Source of the DNA: a virus
Taxonomy: Duplodnaviria; Caudoviricetes
Virus record (IMG/VR): IMGVR_UViG_3300027278_000003
Reading direction: 5' to 3' (one strand)
Length of the DNA stretch: 64,000 nt
Shown piece after piece: positions 46,356-56,493 of this stretch (position 1 is its first letter; each line of letters starts with the position of its first letter). The notes beneath the pieces are model-generated. The model saw only the letters and a program-made list of their open reading frames with translations. It made no database searches and had not been told where the DNA came from. The translations under genes were made by a program, and so were the position numbers.

Positions 46356-49300
46356 ATGGCAGATATTAAAAACTTTGGTATCCGTGGTATTGGTGCTGAC
46401 GTACAGTTTGGTAAGTCAGGTGGTCGCGTAGTTTATGACTCAGGCAACTCACTTTTCAAAATCACAACTGACGGTACAACACTAGGTCACCTAAATGTTG
46501 CTACAACACCAACAGCGGACAACCACGCAGCTTCAAAAGCATACGTAGACTCAGTAGCATCAGGTCTTGATGTTAAGGATTCAGTACGTGCAGCTACAAC
46601 AGCTAACATCAACGTAGCAGAAGCACCATCAACAATTGACGGTGTTAACCTAGTTGCTGGTGATCGTGTTCTTCTAAAGGACCAAACAACAGCTTCACAA
46701 AACGGTATCTACGTATTCAACGGCGCAGCGGCAGCAATGACACGCGCAGTAGACATGGACGCAACAGGCGAGTTCGTTGGTGCATTCTTCTTCGTAGAAG
46801 AAGGTACTGTTAACTCAGACCAAGGCTTCGTAATGTCATCAAATGGTCCAATCGAAGTTGGCGCATCAGACATCGAATTCACAAAATTCACAGGTACAGG
46901 TCAGATCACAGCAGGTGATGCTCTATCAAAATCAGGCAACACACTAAACGTGAACGTAGACGGTACATATGTTAAGGTTGTAAACGATGCACTAACACTA
47001 AACGGTACTTCAACAACAGGTGAAGTTCTAAAGTCAAACGGTGCAGGCGGCGTTACATTTGGCGCGCTAGACCTAACAAACGCATCAGCAGTATCAGGTG
47101 CTCTACCACTAGCAAACGGTGGTCTAGGCGTTGATGCTTCACAAACAGCAGGTAAAGCAACAGCACGCACAAACCTAGGTCTAGGTTCAATCGCAACACA
47201 GGATGCTAACAACGTAGCAATCACTGGCGGTTCAATCGACATCTCAGGTGGTACTCTAACACTTGCAAACGACCAAATCTCAGGTGATAAGATTTCAGGT
47301 GGTACAATTGACTCAGCTAACATTCAGGGTGGCGCAGGCAAGACACTATCACAATTCGACATCACTGTAGGTGCTGGTAAAACACTAGACGTTGATGGCG
47401 TTCTAGACGTAGACGGCGCAGCTGGTTCAGCAATCGACAACGTAGTTATCGGTGGCACAACATCAGCAGCAGGTACATTCTCATCACTAACATCAGGTAA
47501 CGTAGACCTAAACGGTGGTAACATCGACGGCACAGTTATCGGTGCGGCAGTTGCAGCAAACGCAACATTCGTTGATGCTAACGTAACAGGTACACTATAC
47601 GTTGACACAATCGAAGCGTACACAACAGGTGGTGACATCACATTTAACTCACTAATCGTAACTACACAGGGTATCAACGTTGCAAACGCAGGTATCTCAG
47701 GTGCAGGTACAATCACAACAGGCGACATCAAAACAAACACAATCCTAGAAAAAACAGCAGGTAACGGTGTTGAGATTGATGGCGTTCTACTAAAAGACTC
47801 TGGCGTTACAGCAACAGGTGTGTCAACATTTGCAGACCTAACAGCTACAACAGCAGACATCAATGGTGGTGCAATCGACGGTACAGTTATTGGTGCAGCA
47901 GCATCAGCAGCAGGTACTTTCACAAACCTAACATCAGCTAACGTTGCAATCACAGGCGGCGCAATTTCAGGTACAAACGTTGATCTATCAGGTCAGGCGC
48001 TAACACTTGACAATGACGCAATCTCAGGCGACAAGATCGATGGTGGTCTAATTTCAAACTTCGCTTCAACAGGCATCGATGACAATGCTACTTCAACACA
48101 AGTAACAATCTCAGATGCAGAAGTTGCGTTTGGTGCAGACGTTTCAATCGCAGGTAACCTAACAGTTTCAGGCACACTAACATCTGTAAACACAACAAAC
48201 ACAGAAATCGCAGACAACTCAATCGTTCTAAACAAAGGCGAAACAGGTGCAGGCGTAACAGCAGGTACAGCAGGTATCGAAATCGACCGTGGTACAGCAG
48301 ATGCAGCAACATTCCAGTTCAATGAAACAACAGACACATTTGAATTCAAAGTTGGCGCAGTATATGCAGACCTAAAAGTTGCTAACCTAGCAATGGACGG
48401 TATCGAAGCAGATACAATCGGCTCACTATCAGGTGCAGGCATCACATTCACAGACGCAGTAGACGGCTCATCAGCAGACTTCTCAGGTTCAGTATCAGTA
48501 GATACAATCGCAGAACACACAGTAGGTGCTGGCGTAACAGTTGATGGCGTTGTTCTAAAGGATGGCGTTGTAACAGCAGGTCTAGTAGCAGAAACAGGTG
48601 ATACAGTAGACGTATCAGCAGCTACACTAGTACTAGCAGACGACCAGATTTCAGGTGACAAAGTTGAAGGTGGTACAATTAACTCAATCACAATCAACTC
48701 ACTAGTATCAGGTTCAGTAGACGTAAACGGCGGTGCGATTGATGGCACAGTAATCGGCGGCACAGCAAGTGCAGCAGGTACTTTCTCATCACTAGTATCA
48801 GGCAACGTTGACCTAAACGGCGGTGCAATGGATGGCGTTACAATTGGTGCAGCAGCATCAGCAGCAGCTACATTCACATCAATGACAGCGGATTCAGTTG
48901 ACGTTAACGGTGGTAACATCGACGGCGCAGTTATCGGCGCAGTTGCATCAGCAGCAGGTACATTCTCAACACTAAACTCAGCAAACGCTCAGATCACAGG
49001 TGGCGACATTTCAGGCGCAAACCTAACATCAGACGTTGTTGACCTAAACGGTGGTGCGATTGACGGTGTTGTTATCGGTGCATCAGTATCAGCAGCAGCA
49101 ACATTCTCAACAATGAATTCAAACAATGTTGATATCAATGGTGGTGCAATTGATGGTGCAATCATTGGTGCAAACGCATCAGCAGCGGGTACATTCTCAA
49201 CTCTAACATCAGCGAATGCAACTCTAACAGGTTCAATCGATGTGTCAGCAGGTACTCTAACACTAGCAAACGACCAAATCAACGGTGACAAAGTTCACGG

Positions 49301-51134
49301 TGGTACAATTTCATCAGCAAACCTAACTGGTTCAGCAAATGCAATGACAGGTTACGACATCACAGTAGGCGCAGGTCGCTCACTAGACGTAGCATCAGGT
49401 ACTCTAACACTAGCAGATAACCAAATCTCAGGTGACAAAGTACACGGTGGCGTGATTTCAAACTTCGCTTCAACAGGTATCGATGATAACGCAACAGCAA
49501 CAAAGATCACACTAACAGATACAGCGGCAACATTCGGTGTAGCTGGTGACTTCGGTGCAAACGCTCTAGACGCAGGTGCAGCAACACTAGCTTCACTATC
49601 AGTTTCAGGCGACGCGGTAATCTCAGGTAACCTAACAGTTTCAGGTGCAGTTACAACAACTCTATCAGAAACAGTTGCTATCGAAGATAACATCATCGTT
49701 CTAAACTCAAACGAAGTAGACGCAGCAACACTAAACGCTGGTTTCGAAGTTGAGCGTGGTACTCTAGCAAACGTTTCATTCCTATGGGACGAAGGTAACG
49801 ATGTTTGGACACTAGGTTCAGAAGGTCTAGTTGTAGGTGCAGTTGAAGCAGCTTCACTAACACTAACAACAGAACTAGCTCGCGTATATGGCGGTACAGG
49901 CACAGATACATCAGCATTCGCAGATGACTCAATCGCTCTAATGTCAGGCGCAGGCGTTGCAGAACTAGCAAAAGGTTCAAACAACTCAGTACTAAAAGTT
50001 AACGCATCAGGTGCTCTAGGCTACGGTAAAGTAGTTCTAACAGCAGACGTTGATGGTGTTCTACCAACAGCTAACGGTGGTACAGGTCTATCATCATACG
50101 GCTCAGCACACCAGCTACTAAAAGTTAACTCAGCAGGTACAGCACTAGAGTACGGTTATGCAACACAGCTACGTAACACATCGGGCGTTCTAGTACTAGA
50201 AGCATCAAACGCAGCTTCAGGTACAGCAGAATACCTAGATATCACAAACGCTAACGGTCGTGTAACTCTATCAGCTAAGAACGCATCAGGCACAGGCGCA
50301 GTAGATATGTATCTACAGGGTCAAAACGGTGGTGACGTATTCCTAGTTGGTCAGTCAGGCGAAGCTCTACTACAGGGTGAAGCAGACACAGACCTAACAG
50401 TTGCAGGTGGTGATTCAGTTGCAGGCCTAGGTGGTGATCTAATCCTAAAAGGCGGTAACGGTTCAGCTAACGGTGCATCAGGTTCAGTAATCATCAAGGG
50501 CGGCAACGGCGGCTCAGCAGATGGTAACGTACAGATCCTAGGTGCAGACGATACAGCAATCGCAACATTCGTTGAAACAGCAGCGGCAGCAGACAACTTC
50601 GTATTCACAAACGGTACAGGTGGTCTAGAACTAGCGGCAGCAGGTACATCAACAGATGTTAACCTAAACCTAGCACCAAAAGGCAACGGTCTACTACTAG
50701 CACCAGCTGGTTACGACATGTCAGCAGGCGCAGGCAACGCAATCGTAACAAAAGATTACGTTGACGCAGCGGCCGCTGGTTCAGTTGATATGGGTGTCCG
50801 TCGTGTAGCATTCGCTGCAAACGGCGCATCATCATTCACAATCGGTACAGTAGCAAACGTAGCAGGTAAAACATACTACGTAAACAAAGTTACTGTAAAG
50901 GTTACAAGTGCATTCGTAGGCGCAGACGAGCTAATCGTTACAGACGGTACAAACACACTAGTAGGTGCAAATGACGTTGATCTATCAGAAGGTGGTATCT
51001 ACGTAATGGACCTAGGTTACGAAAACGCAACAGCTGGCGGTTCAACACTAACAGCTAACATCCAGAACGGTGGTTCATCAGCAACACCAGCAACTGGTAA
51101 CGTAATCGTAACAGTTGAATTCAAGCAAATGTAA
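46356..51134 (+). CDS. Very large fibre/decoration-type virion protein (1592 aa)
   Basis: SKAYVD..GLDVKDSVRAATT..IDGV.L..GDRVLLKDQT.ASQNGIY motif; many DLNGGAIDGTVIGA...AAGTF..L repeats; AAGGAG RBS; extreme A-ending codon bias. Confidence 0.85.
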   Translation: MADIKNFGIRGIGADVQFGKSGGRVVYDSGNSLFKITTDGTTLGHLNVATTPTADNHAASKAYVDSVASGLDVKDSVRAATTANINVAEAPSTIDGVNLVAGDRVLLKDQTTASQNGIYVFNGAAAAMTRAVDMDATGEFVGAFFFVEEGTVNSDQGFVMSSNGPIEVGASDIEFTKFTGTGQITAGDALSKSGNTLNVNVDGTYVKVVNDALTLNGTSTTGEVLKSNGAGGVTFGALDLTNASAVSGALPLANGGLGVDASQTAGKATARTNLGLGSIATQDANNVAITGGSIDISGGTLTLANDQISGDKISGGTIDSANIQGGAGKTLSQFDITVGAGKTLDVDGVLDVDGAAGSAIDNVVIGGTTSAAGTFSSLTSGNVDLNGGNIDGTVIGAAVAANATFVDANVTGTLYVDTIEAYTTGGDITFNSLIVTTQGINVANAGISGAGTITTGDIKTNTILEKTAGNGVEIDGVLLKDSGVTATGVSTFADLTATTADINGGAIDGTVIGAAASAAGTFTNLTSANVAITGGAISGTNVDLSGQALTLDNDAISGDKIDGGLISNFASTGIDDNATSTQVTISDAEVAFGADVSIAGNLTVSGTLTSVNTTNTEIADNSIVLNKGETGAGVTAGTAGIEIDRGTADAATFQFNETTDTFEFKVGAVYADLKVANLAMDGIEADTIGSLSGAGITFTDAVDGSSADFSGSVSVDTIAEHTVGAGVTVDGVVLKDGVVTAGLVAETGDTVDVSAATLVLADDQISGDKVEGGTINSITINSLVSGSVDVNGGAIDGTVIGGTASAAGTFSSLVSGNVDLNGGAMDGVTIGAAASAAATFTSMTADSVDVNGGNIDGAVIGAVASAAGTFSTLNSANAQITGGDISGANLTSDVVDLNGGAIDGVVIGASVSAAATFSTMNSNNVDINGGAIDGAIIGANASAAGTFSTLTSANATLTGSIDVSAGTLTLANDQINGDKVHGGTISSANLTGSANAMTGYDITVGAGRSLDVASGTLTLADNQISGDKVHGGVISNFASTGIDDNATATKITLTDTAATFGVAGDFGANALDAGAATLASLSVSGDAVISGNLTVSGAVTTTLSETVAIEDNIIVLNSNEVDAATLNAGFEVERGTLANVSFLWDEGNDVWTLGSEGLVVGAVEAASLTLTTELARVYGGTGTDTSAFADDSIALMSGAGVAELAKGSNNSVLKVNASGALGYGKVVLTADVDGVLPTANGGTGLSSYGSAHQLLKVNSAGTALEYGYATQLRNTSGVLVLEASNAASGTAEYLDITNANGRVTLSAKNASGTGAVDMYLQGQNGGDVFLVGQSGEALLQGEADTDLTVAGGDSVAGLGGDLILKGGNGSANGASGSVIIKGGNGGSADGNVQILGADDTAIATFVETAAAADNFVFTNGTGGLELAAAGTSTDVNLNLAPKGNGLLLAPAGYDMSAGAGNAIVTKDYVDAAAAGSVDMGVRRVAFAANGASSFTIGTVANVAGKTYYVNKVTVKVTSAFVGADELIVTDGTNTLVGANDVDLSEGGIYVMDLGYENATAGGSTLTANIQNGGSSATPATGNVIVTVEFKQM

Positions 51135-51177
51135 TCTTTGATTACACAAGTTTGATTTAACTTTGTGGTAACACAGG

Positions 51178-51210
51178 GAGGGGATTTCGAAAGAGGTCCC
51201 CTCTTTTTTT
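51178..51210 (+). terminator. Rho-independent terminator
   Basis: GAGGGGA...TCCCCTC followed by a T7 tract. Confidence 0.85.
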
Positions 51211-51336
51211 ATTGTACATTTCATTATAATATGATATAATGATAGAAATGATAAATAGATTATGTTAATACTTAACGACACAGCATCAAGACTGTGAATC
51301 ACCAATATAACAAGAACGTTGAGGACTGCGATAACA

Positions 51337-52140
51337 ATGGCTGTTACAATTAATGCTAAAGGTACTAGTGTACCTTATTTCAAGATAGGCAAATCTGGTG
51401 TAACTTTATACCAAGGTGCAACTGACCCGCATACTACCGATGGTTATGCGGTTCGCGCTAATGACATTTGGATAGACACTACAGATAAAACTCTGAAATT
51501 TAGAACTCCGTTATCGACATGGGAAGCATTATCAACTGTAAACGCACTTGCAGATTTAGAAGACGTTGATCTTACTGGTTTAGCAAATGGCTACGTATTA
51601 AAGTACAACGCGCTATCTCAACTTTGGGAACCATCACAAACAACCGGTGGTCTTGCAAGTGATTGGGGTTCAATCGCAGAAACTCCAATCGACTATGACG
51701 GATACACTGGGGATGTTTGGCAATTAGACACCGGGACAGGTGTTCTCTCGTATGCAAACACTGTTCAAATCGGTGGCAACTTGAACGTTTCCGGACATGC
51801 TACTATCTCAGGTAACTTGATATTCGGTGATGCATCAACCGACACAATCTCACTAACAGCGGATATTAATTCAAATCTAATCCCGCAAACTACAGCAACA
51901 TACGATTTTGGTAGTTCTACAAAGCAGTGGAATAATGCGTATATCTCAGGTACTATTGACAACAGCGCCAACACCGGTGCAATGCTTTTCCCAAGAGGAA
52001 CAACTGCACAACGCCCAAGTGAAGCGCAAGAAGGTATGGTACGTTTTAACTCAGAGACAAAACGATTTGAAGGTTACAACGGCAGTGAATGGATCAACAT
52101 CGATATTCCAGATGATTGGGGATCACTTCCTACAGTTTAA
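51337..52140 (+). CDS. Putative virion structural protein
   Basis: MAVTINAKGTS; L.DLEDV..TGLANGYVLKYN; FPRGTTAQRP...GMVRFN.ETKRFEGYNGSEW repeat typical of fibre proteins. Confidence 0.7.
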   Translation: MAVTINAKGTSVPYFKIGKSGVTLYQGATDPHTTDGYAVRANDIWIDTTDKTLKFRTPLSTWEALSTVNALADLEDVDLTGLANGYVLKYNALSQLWEPSQTTGGLASDWGSIAETPIDYDGYTGDVWQLDTGTGVLSYANTVQIGGNLNVSGHATISGNLIFGDASTDTISLTADINSNLIPQTTATYDFGSSTKQWNNAYISGTIDNSANTGAMLFPRGTTAQRPSEAQEGMVRFNSETKRFEGYNGSEWINIDIPDDWGSLPTV

Positions 52141-52162
52141 TACAATAACATGTACATCGAAT

Positions 52163-52189
52163 AGCCCGGCAGAAATGTCGGGTTTTTTT
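52163..52189 (+). terminator. Rho-independent terminator
   Basis: AGCCCGGCA-GAAA-TGTCGGGTT followed by T tract. Confidence 0.8.
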
Positions 52190-52256
52190 GTTTCCACTTC
52201 ACTAAACTGCGAATTTAAAAGATAAATACAGTATGAGAGTTGTCAGGAGACATAAA

Positions 52257-52574
52257 ATGGATAAGCAAGAGCGATGGTGGTGGTATGCACCAGAGTACTT
52301 TAGTAGATGGCGTTTATTTCCAAGAGCGTTCATTTCTATGTACATCTATCTTTTGTATGATGTTGTTCAATGGTTTATGGCGTTGGAAACCCCAAACATG
52401 GAACAAGCAGGATTGGTGAGTGTTATTGTGGGTGCAGGTGCGGCTTGGTTCGGTCTGTATGTGAATTCAAGTTCAACAAAGTTTGAAACAGTTGAAGTCC
52501 CACCAGAAGATGTAAAAATGACGCAAGTACAATGGGAAGCAATGAACAATAGAGGCGCAGGCGAGAATGGCTAA
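52257..52574 (+). CDS. Two-TM membrane protein (holin-like candidate)
   Basis: Two hydrophobic helices; AGGAG RBS; late promoter at 52223. Confidence 0.55.
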   Translation: MDKQERWWWYAPEYFSRWRLFPRAFISMYIYLLYDVVQWFMALETPNMEQAGLVSVIVGAGAAWFGLYVNSSSTKFETVEVPPEDVKMTQVQWEAMNNRGAGENG

Positions 52575-53028
52575 AAACAGTTTCAAGTATTACATTCGTC
52601 TTTCAATGAAAGAAGAATTCTCAAAGCACGACATCAAAGGCATCATAACGGTCCTTAAAAGTGCAATTGCAAATATCTTTAAACCATTAGAAGATGGTAC
52701 TGCCGTGATTTATCGCGAAAAAGACACATTTCATGTGTATGATTTTAGTTTAAATCGCGCAGTGTCAGAAGCAGAAGCAGAAGTAATACTTGGACTATTA
52801 GAAGAATGGACAGATGCAGATTTCACTATGGAAGTCACAACTAGTGAAAAATACGATCTACCAGAAGGTGAAACAGAAATTGATTTATCAGCGATGAAAC
52901 ACAATCGTTGGGTATCAAAGCAAGTCGAAAATGGCTGGAGATATGGTCTACAGTTTAACGAAAATGACAAGACTGATCCAAAACTAAGACCGTATCACGA
53001 ATTAACAGAAAAATTAAAAAACACATAA
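52567..53028 (+). CDS. Protein with C-terminal RyR domain
   Basis: HNRWV...GWRYG...DKTDPKLRPYHEL. Confidence 0.7.
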   Translation: MAKNSFKYYIRLSMKEEFSKHDIKGIITVLKSAIANIFKPLEDGTAVIYREKDTFHVYDFSLNRAVSEAEAEVILGLLEEWTDADFTMEVTTSEKYDLPEGETEIDLSAMKHNRWVSKQVENGWRYGLQFNENDKTDPKLRPYHELTEKLKNT

Positions 53029-53091
53029 GATTGCACTTGACTTTGATACCATCATATAGTAGTATGATAGAGTATACATATAGGTAAAGGT

Positions 53092-53631
53092 ATGTCAGGA
53101 ACGAAGAAAATATACAATCTTACAGAAAAGAACTATTTCAAGTTCTTTGGTATTGATGAAAAATATGGCATTAGTGTGCGTAGCCTAACTACGCATTATA
53201 AGAAAGTTGTTGCTATTTTAAAAGAAGACACAACGGTTCTTGGGAATGATAAACTTATGTTTGCAGAACGTGCATTCAATACACTCGCAGACCCTATCTC
53301 CCGTGCAAGATATCTTATTGAATTAAACGGTGAAGACACTGACATTATTGACAATCTTTCCGTGATAGACCGATCATTATCCCAACATTATGAGTATGCT
53401 CTGGCAGACATTACAAGTGTCGCAGAAATTGATGATTTCATCGCTGATTTAAAAGATCAATCTCAGTTTATCATTGATCAAATTGAATCCAGCATTGATA
53501 CGTACAAAAATTATAAAAATGCGATGGGCTTGATATGTAAGTTTCATTCTATCGCGGAGATACACAATGCCGCAAAAGACAAAAAACAAAAATTGAATGA
53601 TGGGATCAAGTATGTTGTTTTTGACAGATAG
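53092..53631 (+). CDS. hscB: HscB-like co-chaperone with degenerate J-domain
   Basis: NYFKFFGI...Y.K...AFNTLADPISRARYLIEL; no HPD; adjacent to two A-type carriers; TTGACT promoter near 53037. Confidence 0.6.
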   Translation: MSGTKKIYNLTEKNYFKFFGIDEKYGISVRSLTTHYKKVVAILKEDTTVLGNDKLMFAERAFNTLADPISRARYLIELNGEDTDIIDNLSVIDRSLSQHYEYALADITSVAEIDDFIADLKDQSQFIIDQIESSIDTYKNYKNAMGLICKFHSIAEIHNAAKDKKQKLNDGIKYVVFDR

Positions 53632-53935
53632 CGCAAAGCGCAGAATTAATTCTCTGCTTTCAGTAAGTGAAAGCACAGGCATCTATATCAGTATGAAAAC
53701 TGCTGGATGTACGGGCTTAATGTACAATGTAGAACTAGCAGAAAATATTAACCCTCTAAAAGACATGACCGTTGTAATCGATGGCATTAGCGTGTCTGTT
53801 CCGATGGAATACGCACATGCGATTAAAGGTGCAACGTTAGATTTTGTCACAGAGGGATTCAACACACATTTCGAACTTATCGAGAACCCAAACGAAAAAG
53901 CACGTTGTGGGTGCGGCGAGAGTTTTTCAATATAA
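53612..53935 (+). CDS. iscA: A-type Fe-S carrier (IscA/HesB family)
   Basis: LTDSA, KTAGCTGLMY, LDFV.EG, NPN...CGCGESF. Confidence 0.88.
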   Translation: MLFLTDSAKRRINSLLSVSESTGIYISMKTAGCTGLMYNVELAENINPLKDMTVVIDGISVSVPMEYAHAIKGATLDFVTEGFNTHFELIENPNEKARCGCGESFSI

Positions 53936-53946
53936 CGGAGAATACT

Positions 53947-54270
53947 ATGCTTTTCACAGAGAGTGCCGCAGCGCGGGCTAAAGAACTTCTTGTAGAAAAT
54001 GAAGCAGACGAAACAGTTGCACTACGTGTGTACGTAGAAGGTGGCGGTTGTCACGGCTTTAACTATGGTTTTGGCTTTGACAACAATATTGCAGAAGATG
54101 ATACCGTTATTGAAACAAACGGAGTTAAACTAGTAGTAGACAGCATGAGTATCATGTATCTAGATAGCGCAACTATCGACTTTGTTTCTAGTATGCATGG
54201 CGATAGATTCACTATTGATAACCCAAGCGCGGCGACTACATGTGGTTGCGGATCAAGTTTTTCCATGTAA
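53947..54270 (+). CDS. erpA: A-type Fe-S carrier (ErpA/IscA family)
   Basis: FTESAA, LRVYVEGGGCHGFNYGF, VVDSMS..YL, IDF, NP.A..TCGCGSSF. Confidence 0.85.
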   Translation: MLFTESAAARAKELLVENEADETVALRVYVEGGGCHGFNYGFGFDNNIAEDDTVIETNGVKLVVDSMSIMYLDSATIDFVSSMHGDRFTIDNPSAATTCGCGSSFSM

Positions 54271-54318
54271 GTTGATGAATAGTATAAATACTATATCAAA
54301 CTTTTAAAGGAGTGGCGT

Positions 54319-54771
54319 ATGTCCAGAGTTCTTAAATGGTGGCTTGTTTTCTGTATTTCATTAGTAATTGGCTATCTCGCATATTTTTTCGGGTGGGTTG
54401 ATGAAATCTACAGTAAAGACACTACTAAACTAAGTTTTGCAATCCTAGCAATTTATGTAGCAGCAAGTTTACATGTAGGACACGCCACTTTTAAAAAATC
54501 AAAAAAACAATCAGTCAGATCAGCAGCAAACGTAGGTTGGTTCCTAAGTGAAACTATGCTTACTCTTGGTATGATAGGTACAGTTGCAGGTTTCATTCTG
54601 ATGTTAGGATCTAGTTTCGAAAACATCGATACAAGTAATGCTGAGTCATTAAAAGAAGCATTAACTGCAATGGCGCTAGGTATGAGCACCGCACTATATA
54701 CTACACTTGTTGGTCTAATTTGCAGTCAAATACTAAAAATACAACTTGTAAATCTAGAAACAGGAGACTGA
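54319..54771 (+). CDS. MotA/TolQ/ExbB proton-channel family membrane protein
   Basis: LGMIGTVAGFILML...GMSTALYTTLVGLI; TATAAATA late promoter at 54283. Confidence 0.75.
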   Translation: MSRVLKWWLVFCISLVIGYLAYFFGWVDEIYSKDTTKLSFAILAIYVAASLHVGHATFKKSKKQSVRSAANVGWFLSETMLTLGMIGTVAGFILMLGSSFENIDTSNAESLKEALTAMALGMSTALYTTLVGLICSQILKIQLVNLETGD

Positions 54772-54772
54772 T

Positions 54773-55486
54773 ATGGAGTCTCCAAACAGATACAAAAGTT
54801 CAACTGGTATGACTGATTTGCTATTCAATCTTCTGGTTGGATTTGTGTTCCTGTTTGTCGTAGCATTCATTCTTATCAACCCCCCAACTAAGAGAAACGA
54901 TATTCCAACAAAAGCAGAATATCTAATAATCATCGAATGGAACGAAGAATTCAACGATGATGTAGACCTGTGGGTTCAGGACCCGAACGGTGTGAAAGTT
55001 GCATTTATGAACAAAGAAGGCGGCTTGCTAAACTTAGAGAAAGACGATTTGGGATATTCTAATGATACGTTCACCCGTCCCGATGGAACCACTGATGTTT
55101 TACGTATAAATCGTGAGGTAGTCACGATGCGCGGAACACAAGCAGGTACGTATTCAGTTTCAGCACATATATATTCTAGAAGCGTCACTAGATTGGCGGA
55201 TGGGGTTGTTACCGCTGACCCAGGTCCGGGAACAATAAAGTTTACACTAATCAAAGTCAATCCTTACAAAGAATCATTTATTGCAGAATACGAATACACT
55301 GCAAGACGACAAGAAATTCCAATGATTGAATTCACACTTGATGATCAAGGAAACATCATTGACATACAGCCACTAAGACGTAGTATTATAACTGGGCGTG
55401 CAATACATCAATCTGATGCAGCAGGTGGGTCACCAAATACACCCGCAACAAATACTATTAGAACACCAACAATACACGGCCCATAA
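54773..55486 (+). CDS. Single-TM partner protein (MotB/ExbD-like TM Asp, unknown periplasmic domain)
   Basis: MTDLLFNLLVGFVFLFVVAFILI; DVDLWV.DP; AGGAG RBS. Confidence 0.55.
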   Translation: MESPNRYKSSTGMTDLLFNLLVGFVFLFVVAFILINPPTKRNDIPTKAEYLIIIEWNEEFNDDVDLWVQDPNGVKVAFMNKEGGLLNLEKDDLGYSNDTFTRPDGTTDVLRINREVVTMRGTQAGTYSVSAHIYSRSVTRLADGVVTADPGPGTIKFTLIKVNPYKESFIAEYEYTARRQEIPMIEFTLDDQGNIIDIQPLRRSIITGRAIHQSDAAGGSPNTPATNTIRTPTIHGP

Positions 55487-55502
55487 TCACAAGGAACATG
55501 CC

Positions 55503-55994
55503 ATGACAAGTTATAATCTTGATCTATTACCTTTATTAACATCTGTTGTATTTCTTACAATTGTTGTACTTTGGATTGCTGTTAAGAATTATAAAAATTT
55601 CATTATTACATTCTTGATCATTCCGCTAACACTTGTAGCAGCAATCGTGTCGCATTCAACAGTTGATAGATTGTTAGGTTATCCTGTGCATGGGGCAATC
55701 GACAAAGATAGTCTGTACTTATTCCACGTAGAGAGTGGTGACAGAGAATGGATTTATGTATGGGTAATCGCACCCGATGATTTGGGCGAGGTTAGACCAC
55801 GTGCAATTGCCATAGCTAATACAGAGCAAAATAGAAAAGCGATGCAAGAAGCCCAAGAGAAGGGCGAACAAGGACAACCTATGTCTATTGGTCAAGAAGG
55901 ACAAATGGAACTAGGCAATAATGGCGAAACAAATGGTGGAGAATACGAAGTATACGACTTCCAAATCAATCATTCGCCTGATCTAAAAAATTGA
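55503..55994 (+). CDS. Two-TM membrane protein
   Basis: Two hydrophobic helices, then GYP; AAGGA RBS. Confidence 0.6.
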   Translation: MTSYNLDLLPLLTSVVFLTIVVLWIAVKNYKNFIITFLIIPLTLVAAIVSHSTVDRLLGYPVHGAIDKDSLYLFHVESGDREWIYVWVIAPDDLGEVRPRAIAIANTEQNRKAMQEAQEKGEQGQPMSIGQEGQMELGNNGETNGGEYEVYDFQINHSPDLKN

Positions 55995-56059
55995 CAAAAT
56001 GCTTGACAATATTATAGTATTGTAATATAAAGAATGGTAAAATAACAACGGAGAGTGCA

Positions 56060-56242
56060 ATGAGTGATCCAGTCGTTGACGAAAAGCCACTATCAAGTAT
56101 AGAGTGGACTATACTATGCGTACTAAACCAAGAAATCACCGATCTTAAAGTTAAACCTAAACCATCTAACCAAGAACAAGTTGTCATTGACTGGCTGCAA
56201 GAACGACTTGATCGACTCAACGCACGACGACATAAAAACTGA
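56060..56242 (+). CDS. Small hypothetical protein
   Basis: GGAG RBS; TTGACA promoters just upstream. Confidence 0.55.
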   Translation: MSDPVVDEKPLSSIEWTILCVLNQEITDLKVKPKPSNQEQVVIDWLQERLDRLNARRHKN

Positions 56243-56493
56243 TGCAAAATAACATAATTGATGCCCGAGAAATGTTCCTCGGAAGAGCCTTGCTTGCTGC
56301 ACTAGACGCAAAGATAAATGCATACAAAGAACAATACCGTTCCTACTATCTATTAGTAGAAGAATACGGCGAAGATTTTATAGAGTTGAGATTGCATGAC
56401 CTCAATGAAGACATGCACATTGTAATTGACAAAGCACCTATGATTGTATATCTTGAAAGGCAAGAAAATGGACAGGCACTCTTTGAAATCTAA
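56242..56493 (+). CDS. Small hypothetical protein
   Basis: TGATG coupling. Confidence 0.55.
   Translation: MQNNIIDAREMFLGRALLAALDAKINAYKEQYRSYYLLVEEYGEDFIELRLHDLNEDMHIVIDKAPMIVYLERQENGQALFEI

Noticed and set aside
46709-50686. Chain of long minus-strand ORFs (up to 308 aa) opposite the 1592-aa gene
   Set aside because: Shadow ORFs: in that register a stop needs a sense codon ending in T/C followed by a Tyr, His or Gln codon, which is rare in this Gly/Ala/Thr-rich, A-ending gene; no RBS or promoter
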